DNA of 64,000 bases, taken from the human T2T-CHM13v2.0 reference genome, Homo sapiens. The notes beneath the pieces were generated by a model. It did not search any database. It worked only from the letters and a program-made list of their open reading frames with translations, and was not told where the DNA came from. Numbering within the stretch: position 1 is the first letter of the stretch; every line of letters begins with the position of its first letter. Position numbers and translations under genes: made by a program. Below, piece by piece: positions 11,741 through 25,620 of the stretch. The DNA lies in NCBI RefSeq assembly GCF_009914755.1, contig NC_060926.1. One strand, 5' to 3'.

Positions 11741-14700
11741 AAATCAACTTCATGACATAGCAAATATACTGTGCACGGTTGTATAGCATAGAAAAAAAAA
11801 CTTTTCAGATGTAACAACTACTGGCACCATTGAAAAAGGAAAGCTATTTCATCCTAATCTTTTTCATGTATGTATTTGGTATCGAGTGATTTTTTTTCAG
11901 TTTTGAAAGGTAGGAGGCAAAGAAACTGGAGAAGAGAAAATTAGATAACCTTCAAATGTTTGGGAGCTGCTATGAGGGCATACTCTTTAAAAAATTCACT
12001 CTTTGTGGAATTTAATAACATCCATTTCACAAACCACAGAGTTTTCCTATCTCACAAATCAATTTCATTCTATTATATCGGTGAATTAGTTTCTTTTCGT
12101 GAATTGGTTGTTCCACTTTAACTGTTGGCCTCCTAATAAAAGGGAAAGACATGTATTAGGAATATAGAAAATAGCCAGGATAATAGCCCAGTAATACTAC
12201 TTACTTATTACCTAACCTCTTCTCTTCAGATTTCCCCATGCCTCAGTGACCACAAGCATTGAATTAGCTATGACAAATCTATCCATGGCCCCTGTTCTTT
12301 CAAGAAGTGGTTTGCTTGGGGTACAATAATGATCAACTCTAATGAGACTGTCACCCATGTGCCTGTAATCTCATGCAGAGACTTGAAAATCCAAGCCAGG
12401 TATAATCACTCCTCTTACACTTAAGACATATGAAAATTGATTCTAATGGTACCTTAAATTTTTTTTCTTTTCTTACAAAATGATGATCAATATGCAGCTT
12501 TAAAAAGATAAGTCAAAAGGAAATAAATGCCCTCTGTGAATATTTGTTTGTATAATTAAAATAGAATCAAGTTTTACACTTGTGTATTGGAATACTTATA
12601 TATACGTGCATACATATGTATGATCTATAGATACATACACATATACATATATAAAGAGAAATAGAGATGGCTTACAAGCATGAAATTGCTTAAACAATAT
12701 TGTTTCAAAATTCAAATGCTATATTTTCACACACAGTTTGTAAATGATGATATATGTAAATTTTGGCTTCAAACAGGTCTTAGATTTCACTTCTGATACC
12801 ACTATTTCATATGAATGCTACATTTCCTGCACTAATATAAGAAATGAAGCAGTGTTAGATTAATAAGTTATTCTAAATTGGAGAAAAAAGTTTATACATA
12901 GACAAAATGTTAAGAGAGTATATATACTAGCCTACTTGAACTCATGCTCCTGAAATAATTATTTTAATTCAAATTTATGTGAAACAGGTGTCAATATGCA
13001 TTTATTTTATAAAAATTTAACATCAGTCATAGACAGATTAAGTCTACAAATGAATGAAAATTATGAAACAGTGTTCTCACAGCAATATTTTTTAATTAGG
13101 CATGACAGCATTAATAATGCAGTATATTATGGCTACGCATTTATTTTAGCCATGTATAGATTCAAAAGAGGTGACACATCTTTGAGTTAGAACAATACGT
13201 AACATTTGAATACCTTTTGACACCTTATGAAGTGATTTCATTTCTATCTCATTTTACTGTAAGGATATGACACTTGTTTATTCTATGTGAACTTTGATTA
13301 TGAAATAGATCTTAGAAATATAACTAGTTCACAAAAAAGTTCAATAGAGAAATGTCAAAGAAAAATGCAGAATTTTTCTCTTTATCTCCCTCTCTTCTAA
13401 TCTCACTAATCTCTAACTGGTATCATAGCATCTGTCAGAAACAAGCATTTCAAGAGCCTTAAGCAATCTTTCTTTCTGGAACATGTAACCTTTTCAAAGG
13501 TTCAAATTATAGCTAATATCGACCTTTGTTCTTGCCAGTACCTTATGTGTTTTCTCAGTACCAATGCACAGTCCATATTACAAATTGCTCATCCTTTCAA
13601 TTGCTCTTCCGAACTCAGTCTATTAAAATTATCTATCAAAAACCTCTGCATTTGCAGCATTTGAGTCACACATTGCCAGGATGGTGATCTCTGTTTCAAT
13701 TTTTTTCTTCTTTTTTTTTGGGGGGGGGGTAGGGATAATCATTTATTTCAAACTTTAATAACAGTCATTAATGTCAGTCATTTGGACAATTAATCACATA
13801 TAACACGATGGAAAGGAAACAATCTTGGAATTTAGTTTCAGAACACAAGTCCCAAACTTTGCAGTGGCAATTAGAACAGAAAGAAGAGAAAGAAAATGAG
13901 AAATATTGAGGATAAAAATTGGAGAAAACTTGGAGGTGAACTCAATGTGCTGACAGGAGGAAAGGATGAGTTCAGGTTATTATCACTGGTAATTGGCTAT
14001 TGATGGTATCAACTGAGAAGACTGAGATGAATGAACAAAGTTGAAGTTTTACATGAAAACTAATTTCCATAACATTTTAGAATATAGGCTCTTTATGTTT
14101 GTCCCTGTACTTTTTAAAGCTTTTGAAAGCTATGTATACATACCTCACAGATACTCCATAGATATTGGTTGCATTAATGTATGAATGCCAGGAAATGAAC
14201 AGGGAACTTTGTCATTAATATTATGTTAATCCTGCAACTGGAATAATATGGATTCATATTTTCTAATGTATGGATTTATTCCAGTAATATAAGTTTGCAC
14301 TTGTCCTCTAAACACTTGGTATTAGTCCTGTCCTTTTCTAAGAAAATTTTGCTCTTAATGTTGACATTATCAGAATGTAAGAATTGAGAAAATGTGTGAG
14401 AACTCACTCATGTTGAAATACTCCATGAACATTCCTTCATCCTACCCCTAGCAGCCCAATCACATCTTCAAACTTCAACATGTAGTATGTAACTGTAAAA
14501 AGCATTATTTTAGGAAGCTATGTTCTTTTGATAACAAATTACTTTCCTTAAGGCTACATAATCAGTTTCAAATTTAATATGACTTTACAATTTCTCATCC
14601 TTGTAAGATGGTATTTCTTAACATGTTTCAGTAAAAGAAACTGCATTTTAACGGCATGCTTTATGTACATGAATATTTTGAGTAATTCACACTTGTCTTG

Positions 14701-16139
14701 AATCCACAAAAAATTTAGTGAGAATCTATCCTTAAAAATTATTTTATTTCAATAATCAGCTTTCTGGTAAAACTTAAATTATTTGTGCAGAATATTGTCC
14801 ATGAAAATAGATCTTTCAGAATCTGGAGATTCTGATTTTCTAAAATTATGTTTAAATAAAAGGTTCATACATGTCTGTAAAATGTGGGTGTATATATGGG
14901 TTCTATGTATGTGTTTGTGTGTGTATATATTCACATAATGAAAAAGACAATCTCTATGGAATGTTCTACTTTGATCCCCTGTATTAATGTACTTTGATTC
15001 CTCACTTCCATTTCACATATTCTAGCAATGAATTATTTTTATAAATATAAGTTCATGCTAGTATAGAGAATCACCACTATGTCTTAGAAGTATGCTTTAA
15101 ATTTTTAAACATCTTTTACCCTAATGCTTCTCATCAATTATAAATAAAATAATTTGTTTTAATTGACCAAATAAATATTTCCTATTCTTTAAAACATTAT
15201 ATAATTCAATAGAAAGCAAATATTCCATTCAAAAATCTTGGCATCATAAAGAATAACTCTACTTTAATTTTCCAAACCTAGTAATTACAGGAAAATAAGG
15301 AAATTTCACACTTAAGGGTTTCAGAGTAGTGAAATATACACATTTTTCTTTTACATTATATTCATTCATTTCAGAATGATAATGTGGTCTTAAAGGCCAT
15401 AAACCTTTCCAAAGAAAATCTAAGTCAGCTAGCATCCAAAATAATGTCATAAGAATACTTAATTATTAATCCTTAAATATTAAGAAAAAGGTATGGAAAA
15501 GAATCTAAAGAATTCAGGATCCATCCCAATAGTCTAAAGCCCACAATGTAGAGTTAAGGTCTCTTAGACCTAAACATTATACAAGAAAAATCTTGTTCGT
15601 AAAAACATATTAGGCATGCATGAAAAAGTGTTTTTCACAGATTTATTATATAACCTGGCATAAAATACGTATTGAAGTAAGCACATTGGACAAAGAACAC
15701 AGAACTCGCCATGTAAGCCCTGCTTACCTGCTCTAAACCAACAACTATGACAAGCTTCATCTCATCCCCTATGTGCACTATTTACTCTAAGGACTTATAT
15801 CTTTGCACATTTTGTCTTCTTTGCTTTAGCCTCCTGGCAAAAATGTATGCTACTGTTTACAGTTCAGTTAAAACGTCACCTCCTAACTTAATCTGCGTTT
15901 TATCACAATCTATATTACCATTCTAATAACACTTTAGATTACATACAGCTCATTGTGAGTATTTTCTGCTACTCATTGTTCTTCTCCTCCACCTGATCTT
16001 CACTTTTCAGCACCAGGCACTGGATGCTTACACATTTTTGTATAAAGAAGGTATTTAAACATTGAACTGAATGGAATAAATTGCCAATTTATGGAATTGA
16101 GGAGTTCCAGGTGTTTAAATCAACAGCTATAGAGGCAGT

Positions 16140-16255
16140 AAGGGTCATTCACTAGTGTCAAGAAATTGAGTCTAGAGTCACACATATTTCACTGAGAAGC
16201 TCAGCTATCTTAAGTGCTTCAGTTCTCTCAGCTATAAATGGGAATGATAAAAAGT
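16140..16255 (+). mobile_element. MIR fragment interrupted by the following Alu
   Basis: 'gcttcagttctctcagctataaatgggaatgataa' core; continues weakly after the Alu. Confidence 0.45.
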
Positions 16256-16560
16256 AGCCAGGCGTGGTGGCTCCTGCCTGTAATTTCAGCCCTTTGGGAG
16301 GCTGAGGTAGGAGAATCACTTGAACTCAGGAGTTCAAGACCAGCCTGGGTAACATAGTGAGACCTTGTTTCTACAAAAAATAAAAAAATTATCTGGGCGT
16401 AGTGGTGCATGCCTATAGTTCCTTCTACTTGAAAGGCTGAGATCAGAGGATCACTTGAGCTCAGGAAGTTGAGGCTGCAGTCAATTGTGATTGTACCACT
16501 GCACTCCAGCCTGGGTGACAGAGTGAGACACTGTCTCAAAAATAAAGATTAAAAATAAAT
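16256..16560 (+). mobile_element. Full-length AluJ
   Basis: J-type 'cctgggtaacatagtgagacc' and 'aggatcacttgagctcaggaagttgaggctgcag'. Confidence 0.9.
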
Positions 16561-16831
16561 AAATTCATCTGCCTGTGAGAACTGAAGGAGATTCCACAAA
16601 GTTTAGTGGTTAAAAAATTAGGCATGTACCACAAAACAATGAAAATAGCAGGTGAATATTATAACAGTTACGGAAAAATTTATCCACAAGGGATGATGAC
16701 TTGCCACCTCTACAGATGGCCTAATATGTTATAAAAATAATTTTTTAATGGTGAGAAAGGGGACTGGTCCCTATATCAAAATAGATAAAGCTTTTAATGC
16801 CAGGTTGCTAATATAAATTTTTAATGAAATT

Positions 16832-16840
16832 ATCTCTTTG

Positions 16841-16886
<46 letters not shown>

Positions 16887-16895
16887 CAAAGAGAT
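16832..16895. repeat. Perfect 64-bp palindrome: 13-bp unique arms around (TA)19
   Basis: atctctttgtcac (16832-16844), (TA)19, gtgacaaagagat (16883-16895); the arms are exact reverse complements. Confidence 0.95.
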
Positions 16896-16950
<55 letters not shown>

Positions 16951-16985
16951 AGAGAGGGAGGGAGGGGGAGAGAGAGAGAGAGAGA
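16896..16985. repeat. Compound microsatellite (TA)n(GT)20(GA/GGGA)n
   Basis: read directly. Confidence 0.95.
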
Positions 16986-17436
16986 AAGTAAGTATATGTC
17001 TGTATTTCAGTTTTTTCTTACCAAAGCAAATTTCCAGTTGCCCTATATGGTAATGTTACCCTGAATTTACAGTAACTTGAGAGCATACATTCTTTAAGAG
17101 TAATTACAGAATGTCTGTAATGACCTTAATTCATGAGTTAAGATCTCCCTTGATGATATCATAATTAAAAAAAAAATCCAGAACTCCAGAATTAACTCAT
17201 GGTTTGCTGTTGCTCAAGCTAAGTGAAAAATATAGCTTAGGTATTTTGATACTTAAACAGTCATTTCTTTCCCTTTCCCTGGTTTTTAGCATTGGCAGCA
17301 TAACCAACTTAGGAAAAGAAGGAGTGTTTCATCTGCAAGGTATTAAACTAAGGGAATGAATCAGGGCATTGCACCCAAATATTTTCTAGATTGCTAAAAA
17401 GCTTGTGATTACCTAGTCATAGGAAAAGCATGCTAT

Positions 17437-18220
17437 TGATATGGACAGGAGACAGGGAAATACTGGGTAGAAGAGGGCAGTTCCCGTGCAAAGGCTCCAG
17501 TCTCAAGTCTGGAGGCCTGCAGCCCTAAGTGGGAACAGGCATTTCTGTTTTCATGCCCAAAAAGTTGTGTTTTGGCCTGCAATGCCCCACTATCCTGTAC
17601 CCATATAACCTTGAACCCCAGGCTCCAGGAGAAGACAAGGAGATGAGGAGACAAGCAGGTGAATGGCAGAACGGTGTAGCAGGGAAAGAGAGAAGAGAAG
17701 GTATGTCTGAACACCAGGAGGAGTACAGCTGGGAGTGGTCAAGGAGGAGTTTGGCTGCTTGATAGCCAAAACTTCAGGGGAAGATCATCTTCCCACTCCA
17801 TCCCTTTTCCAGCTCCCTGTCCATCCTGCTGAGAGCCACCTCCACCATTCCATAAAACCTCACATTGATCCTTCAAGCCCATGTGTATCCCCATTCTTCT
17901 GGAACACTGGGCAAGAGCTAAGGATACAGAAAGCTCTCACACTGGCCCTCTGCCCATGTGAAAAGGCAGAGGGTCCATCGAGCTGGTTAACACTTAAGCC
18001 ATCTGCAGACAGCAAGGTCAAAAGACTGAGGACACAGGCACCCACCCCTAGATACTACCATGAGGCTGGAGCTCAAAACACGCGCCCTGGCTCCTGCACC
18101 TGTCCATCTGCATGTTTCCCCCTTCATCAGGGGTTTGAGCAGTGGCAGCAAGCAAACAGGTGAGCCACACCCCTGTCACATGTCCTGGGAGGAGGGGGAT
18201 CAGGGAACTCTCCCATTTCG
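17437..18220 (+). mobile_element. LTR1-family (HUERS-P2, ERV1) solo LTR
   Basis: starts 'tgatatggacaggagacagggaaatactgggtagaagagggcagttccc' and ends 'gatcagggaactctcccatttcg'; about 785 bp. Confidence 0.75.
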
Positions 18221-19264
18221 TCATGTGGGAATTCCATGACACTTGTGTTAAGACAGCTTCTTTTAAACAGTAGGGGGAAGAATCACAGGTTTTAATATGT
18301 AGTCCTATGGCAATGGGTGGAAGTGGGGGAGGCAAATCAATAAATGACTTTGAAATGAGATTGATTTTTCTCTTTTTTTTCCTCAGAGAATGGAAGGTGT
18401 AGTTATATTAATTGGTTGGTATTCATTTTATAGCCTTTAAAAATAGGGGATAATTCATCTTGATTCTGTAATTACCAGTTATACAAACAGCATATGACAA
18501 GTCTGACAAGAAGGCTTTTTCAACAGGGAATAGATATAACAATGGCAAATGTGCTAGCCAGATTAACAAATCAAGGTTATTCCATGTGATAGTCTTTTCT
18601 TTCTCAATAGGAGATATTATCTAAATTCATACGGTAATTTGAAAAATGTCTACATTGTGCACATACCTGAATATCAAATAGGTCACTAAACTTGATTGAC
18701 CAGTAAAATAAAAAGTTTCCAAAACAATCTAATAAAGAGTCAGTTGCATATGTTTTCCTGGAGAAGAGTTAGGTTTGAGTCTTGGAACAGAATATTGTGT
18801 TCTCTATTATAAGACTATAATATTACAAATGAAGAGTTTGATACATCACAGGAAGGTCATGCCTCTATGACAACATTGCTCTAGACTGACGATGGGGTTA
18901 ACAAAGTATCTATCTGACTCCAACAAAACACTAACTAAGCTAAAGGAGAGGAATTCATAAATCTATTTGTGCTGAACACACAGATCAAAGAAGATTGTTA
19001 CAATTTGCATCTGATTCTTACTGTCTAGGCCAGACAATGTCCTGGAAATGACCCTGGTTGAAACCAGCAGGAGACTATTATCTTTCTCCCTTTTTACACT
19101 TTAGCCTGGGGTCAGGAAGTTCTGAGCTGCTCAATATTTCTATTACATTAATGGTACAATTATCACATAGGGATCAACTCATGCTGCTAATATAGACATA
19201 CCTCTGGAAGCAATTTCTGGCTCTGCTGGGCAAGGCAATCTATTAGGTCATTTGTAAGCTCTGC

Positions 19265-19495
19265 AAAGCCTAGCAGAAAGACTACAGACTTTGGACTTCT
19301 TGGTTTAAATTCCAGCCCTGTATTTCTTTGTAGGATGGCCTTAGCAAAGTACTTAACATCTTCGAATCTCAACTGGGGGATAATAGCTTCCATCTGATGG
19401 GACAGTTGTGAAGATTTATGAAAAAAACACGGGGAAACAAGCTAATAGGTTTTATACATTGTAGTCATTAGGTAAGTAGAAATTATCACCATCAT
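19265..19495 (+). mobile_element. MIR
   Basis: 'ttggtttaaattccagccctg...ccttagcaaagtacttaacatc...gggggataatag...gttgtgaagattta'. Confidence 0.65.
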
Positions 19496-21184
19496 GTACA
19501 GTATTTTGCTCATTCCTTTTTAGTGACTGATGTCATCTTGATATACAAAATAATCAACATGTAAATAATTTCTCTTCTCAGTCACATTAAATGTTATTTC
19601 AACATGCATACAGAAAATAAATACATGAAGAGTGTTAATAAATGTAAATCATTCTGAACATTATCAAAGAAATACTACTGATCCTTGTTGCGAGAAAGCT
19701 AGATATCTATAGCTTCCAAGTGACAGAAGTAAATACAGAAGTTCCTAGTTATCTTACAAATGTCTCCACAGCTTTAGGTCTTGTGACTTACGGAGTAAAT
19801 GTGTTAGTGATTATGTTCTGTTTCCTTGAGAAAGAAGGTCTGACTTTTTTCCCCTCTATTGTATCCATGAGCACAGCGCTTAGAAACTAAGTAGCCAACT
19901 GAAGCTACTTACAATATTCCAGATCTGAAAACTCTAAATAAAACAAACAAAATAATAACCCAAATTCCAAACCAGCTATATATCTTAACTGTCACCACTT
20001 CCCACCTATTAGATAGCTCACACACCCACCTTTCTACATACTTCATATAATCTTTCAGCAAGTGTCTTAAGGATTAACTTGATAGCCCATATTGGCATCT
20101 ACTTTGAAGCAAAGTTCACATATTGCTGTTTATTCTACAGACAATTTGAAAATAGGTAGGTAGTGGTGAGGCCTGAATTGGAATTAATATGTATTTCCTT
20201 CAAATAGATAATATTCCTTAATTTCATCTCCTTTTGCTAAATCGATCCTGGGGATTGAGCTATATTAACCACAACGTTGTCAATACAAAGAGTGTCCTAA
20301 GATCACTTAGTGATTATCCTAACAAGGTGAACTATTTTTTTCTTCATAAACCTTTACTGTAATGATAAAGAATGTATGTACATATGATACAAAATTAGGT
20401 TCAGAATAATGGTCAAATTTTTAAAAAGACTCTCTTTAGAAAGTAGACTGCTTTGATTGTTAGTGTGATTGTTATTTACTGAATCAGAATCATACCTTTT
20501 GCCTCTTTGATTAGTTTATAAACCTCTTAAAGGTAAGGGTTCCATATGGCACCTTAAATACTATGTGGCATATACTACATAATCAATGAATATCTGTTGA
20601 TTGCTTCTTAAAAGATGTTAGATTACAATACTTTTAGAAAGAAAATGATGACCCATTCCCCTAATAGATTACCATCATACATCAATTTGACTGCTGAATT
20701 ATTTTAAACAGTCATATACCATAAGAACTATGGGTAAATGTTGTGAATTTTGAGAACACCATTAAGAAGTAAACTTCAGAACTGTCCTCTACCTGTTTGT
20801 CTAAATTTGTCTAAAGTTTTGAATTTTTAAAAAGTAAACGATATTTTTATAAAATTTTAATTTACTTTTCTTCATCTTTTAAAAAAGAATTTGACTTTTT
20901 AGAGCAAAACATGTCCATATTTTGCTCATCAGATAATATTTTTCTTATTATATGGTAGACATTCATTGATTTTGCTACTCATGAGTGGTAAGTACCTGTA
21001 GGCATATCCTAATCAGTGCCATGCTTCTTTTGATTCCTTTTTAATCTACTTTTCCAAGCTTCCATTTTTCTATGCTATCTTTCAATACATTTCTTCTTTG
21101 TTTTAGTTAACTGGAGTAGTTTTCAGTTGTTGCAGCTAAGAACTCTGACTAATACATATGGCAGCCTGCTGATGCCATTGATGA

Positions 21185-21500
21185 GGCTTTTCTGCACTTG
21201 CATGAAAAGACTGATGGAAGAATCATAAATCCTTCTTGAGTTTTACTTGCTAACATTACATGTGTCTTCTGCTTTTCCCCATCTTCCCCCCAAGCTACAG
21301 CATCAATAATAGTCATCCTGTCCTTAGCAGCATTAGCCAAACTGAAACTCCAACTTGGCTTTACAAAAAAAAAAAAAAAAAAGAAAGAAAGAAAGAAAAA
21401 AAAAAACAAAACACTGCCATGTTTTAAAGCTGTTGATGTTCTACCATCTACCATGCATCCTTCAGGAATTTTTCCTGTCCCTTCCTGTTTACAGCTGTCT
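21185..21500 (-). mobile_element. Probable L3/CR1 LINE ORF2 relic, interrupted by an A-rich tract
   Basis: minus strand gives KAKLEFQ then LANAAKD (with a frameshift) and ILPSVFS, resembling CR1 ORF2 'KAQLELKLARDVK...FFASVF'. Confidence 0.4.
21365..21411. repeat. A-rich tract, An(GAAA)nAn
   Basis: read directly. Confidence 0.9.
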
Positions 21501-23234
21501 ATGTTCAGCTCACTCCAGTAGGGCTATGCTGTCATTCATTCTCCCCAAAGTGTAGTGGGACAACATTGACTACAGAAAAAAATAGCTTCCATTGCAGCAG
21601 CCCAAACATGCCCTGCAACTTGCCACAGGGCAAGTCTTGATGACCTTGTCTCCATCATATAGTTCAGGAAAGGAACAATATTTAAAGGATTTCATATGCA
21701 TTTAGATTTAAGTTGAATATATTCTCCCTATCCTCAGAAATTACATTTTAATAGAGAGGTTTTTATTTATTAATTTTTGTATTGTACATTGTATGCACAG
21801 AAGTACGCAAATATTTTTAAATAATATCATGGCATTGAAACATATGAAAAATAAAACCTGTAGACCATTATTTGGGTCTGTAGGAAGTGAGAGTAATAAT
21901 ATAAAGGCTTTGAAACAACAACTGTCATTGGCTGAATACTGTATATTTTGTAATATGTTAATGCTTATATTGTTCTTTCAAAGGTACATTCAAAATTTAC
22001 AGACCTACAGCTATCACATGTACATCTGAAGGCAGACATTCTGAGTCAAACATATTGGTATCTGATGGCAGAACCATATCACTCAGAGCTCATATCTGCT
22101 TCTGGATTTGGCTTTGAAACTGTCTCAGAACTTGGCATGTTGGAAGCATGAAATTGGCAATTTCATGAAATCTTTCAGGCTCATATGGCAGAATTTATGT
22201 CTTGAAATAGAATCAAAAGTACAACTCAAAGACTGGAGCAGGAAAGGCAGGAGAAGATCACTGTGACAAGTAAGTCCTCTACTTTTGACCTCAGCTATTC
22301 TTGGTCAAGAGCAAAAACATGTAAGTCAGGGTGACTGTGGCTCAACTTCACTATAGACCTTTATTAGCTTGGCCTGGTACAGCCCTGAAATCTCCCTGAT
22401 ACCACATTGTTAACCTGATAAAAGTATCTTTGTAGGAGAGCATATTCCTGTTGAGAAATAGACAGCTGCCTTAGAGGGTCTGTGGTTTGATTCATTTTTG
22501 CCTGGATCCTGACCTAGGTGTCTGGCAAGCCACTTGTCTAGAATCATCAAAGCTACCCAGAAGTTGAAATATATAGTTAGCAGAAGATTTAAAGGTAAGG
22601 ATAAACTATTTTTTCAAATGCTCTAGAGACACTCACATATGAAAAATACTGTCAGGTTTAAGACTAAATTAGGAGACCACTTCCAATGCCAAAATCTATA
22701 CAAACCTCCACTAACGTACACGACCATTCCTTCCCAGGAAATAACAACTGTAATAACACACACATAATACATGCACACAAAATGTCAACAATGCACTTCA
22801 TAGGGTGTCACATCCTTTAATATTCCTATCATCATATAGCTACGAATCATCAATTTGATTATTTTATTTGATGTTACAGTGGAGAAGTCAATCACATACA
22901 ACAGGCATGCAAATGATTTTTTTTTCAGATTGAACCATTTTTTTTAAAAGACAGAAGCACAACCACAACATCGTAGGTATGCATTTCCTCAGTCCTTACA
23001 CATGTGATTTGTCTGTTTACTCTTTCATGGGAAAATGATTGCTTCGTTCATCACGGTCTGTTGTAGTTTTAGAGAGTTAAAATTTTAAACTTTCACTATC
23101 ATTTTTATTTTGGAAGTAAAATGCTATAAACTAAAAATTCCTAAATCTCAGGTATGCTCTGGCTTCCTTAAATTCTTCTTTCTTAGGACAGAACGTATGC
23201 AATTACAGTGTCATCTAAATATGTGAAAATGACA

Positions 23235-23420
23235 TTCCTTTTGTTTGTTCCACAAATACTGGTGTTTGCATGAACTGAGCACAAGGTTAACATCTGGGTC
23301 TCAGAGATGAGTAAAATACAGTCTCTGCTTTCCAGATGCCTACAGTCAAGCCAGGAGAAACCGCGGATGGAAACAAAAAAAAAAAAAAAAAAAAAAGACA
23401 GTTAATGCAGCACAAGAATC
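23235..23420 (-). mobile_element. L2 fragment
   Basis: 'cagagatgagtaaaatacagtctctgctttccagatgcctacagtc' is an antisense L2 3' motif. Confidence 0.45.
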
Positions 23421-24649
23421 CCAGATAGGGATGACTTTCAAAATGTCATGAGGACCCAAACCCATACAATTATTAATAAATGACCCTGGCAAATGAGGAC
23501 TTAATCATTTTATCTACCAATTGCCCAAAAGAGCTTTTCAAAGACTACATGTCATTTCCAGGAACCCGTGGCACATTCTGGCACATGCAAACCACCACAT
23601 CTTGGATTTTAAATGCTTTAGGAATGTAAAATGCTGAAACTCTGGCTCATGCTAGTGTCTTGGGACTTTTAAATATTAAACTAAGTAATAGTTATAACCA
23701 GTTCCTCCATAAAAGATATTAATGATTTTAAGTATTTGAGCTTCATCATTATAATGACCATATTCCCCTTAGCTTAATTTTTACATTTTTAAAAACAAAA
23801 CTTGACATTTTAAGCCAGCAAGGGACACTCATTGCAGCACAGAATACATCTATCTGTCCTAAATGCCATAATTATTAGATGAGACTCTGCCAAGTGAGTT
23901 ACTCCTTGGGGACTTCAAAGGTACATCACTTTCCAAGACACTCAGGGACTATTTAGTGAACTGCCACACTGATTTATGCAGTAGAATGGTCAGTAGTGAT
24001 AGTTCAAATATCAGTAATTTGAGAAAATTAACCATCTTCCAAAATGTATACCAGTCACTGTGGTGGGTGAGCAGAAGGGATAAGTGGTTAATTTGGTCAG
24101 TGATTAACTCATCTTGCTGGTTTGAGATTTAGACCAATTTGGCTACACTTTAGGAAAGGTATTTGATTCTTCTTATCTGATGAATTTAAGCTCATGGTAT
24201 TCTAAAAGCAAAAGACTGAATAATTTTCAAGGCCAAACTCTCACTTTAGAGATAAGAAAATTGACTTACTGAATGTTGTCATAATCATTAGATACAGACT
24301 CCAGAATCTCTTAGCCTTATATTTTCATATTTCCAACAAATTGATTTTCAAACTACTTCTCATTAAGATGTAACTGCCTATTATTAAAGGGGAAACCACT
24401 CCTTTCAGTTTCCTAGAGACTTCATGCTCTTTCACAGCTCTGAGCTGTTCAGCATGCTGATTCTTTTCCCTTGGTGCTTACATGACCAATACACATGAAT
24501 AAACATGTCTGCACACCTCTGTGTTATTACATATGAGGAAATATTATGTGTTAGAATACATACACATTCTACTTTTTTCCAGAAGTCTATGAAACTCTGG
24601 TAATTGCTATGACTAATTGAAAGAATAATTTGCTATGTATCAAGTAAAA

Positions 24650-25620
24650 TAATTATTATAGATTCTCTACAGTGAGCACACTGCAGAGCTAGGCACCTGG
24701 AAGGATATAAAGGTGATGGAGAAAGATACACATCGTAGGGTGTATGAGCCTACAATCTAATGGTGTGTATGTGAGGAGGGGTGGAGGAATTACATGACTG
24801 CAAGAGTTTGGAGAAATACAAAGCACTGTTACATTTTTTAAAAGGGGTGGCACTGAAACCAGTCCAACTGGTAGGGAGGTCAGGAAAGGTTTGAGATTAA
24901 TCTCAAAGAGGAGGTAGAATTGTACTCAGAAAATAGAGAAAGAACGCTTCTAAGATTAGCATCATCAATTCCATGTGGTGCTTAAGGACAATTAAATAAA
25001 AATTTTTCTAAAGTTTTCTCTTTTGATTATTAAAATTACTTTAAATTTTCTATGGCTAAAAATGTCTTATTAATCCTTTATAAAGAAGAAATTGAGGGTT
25101 TAAAAAATTTTTCATTTATTCATTCAGTGCACATTTGGGGCCTATTTATGTGACTGGATTCTTTCATAAAAGAATGGGAATTTGATTTTAATTAAGATGA
25201 ATAAATACATGTTTTAGAGAAGATGTATTCTGTGCAAAAAGAACCTGATTTCAAAATGCGTGGGATTTTGAAAGGAACTTCATGAAGATTAGTATGGAAA
25301 CGGCACAGAGTATGTGACAGACAGTGATGGAGTAAACAAAACAACTAAATCTGGAGATATGGGCTGTGTCACTTCGTAATCTATAGCATTTGCTTTCTTT
25401 TTTCTATGAGCAATGAGGATTTAATAGGTGTTTGAAAAGCAAAGTGATCATACCAGCTTTGTCCTTGGAGAGATAACTGGCAGCAAAGACACAGCAGGTG
25501 GACTAGATTAGGAAGAGTCCAGTAAGGGGTAATGAGAAAAGATAAATTTACCTCATTTCTTTGAATGAGCAAAAGATAAAGTGAGCAAAAAGACAACCTC
25601 AATTTTCAGTTCAACTGTAT
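24650..25620 (-). mobile_element. Dispersed L2 fragments
   Basis: 'ttcatttattcattcag', 'gagcctacaatctaatgg' and purine-rich antisense L2-like tracts; boundaries approximate. Confidence 0.35.

Noticed and set aside
11990-12115. Repeated gtgaatt(a/g)gtt motifs suggesting an ancient palindromic DNA transposon
   Set aside because: Too degenerate to define arms or a family by eye.
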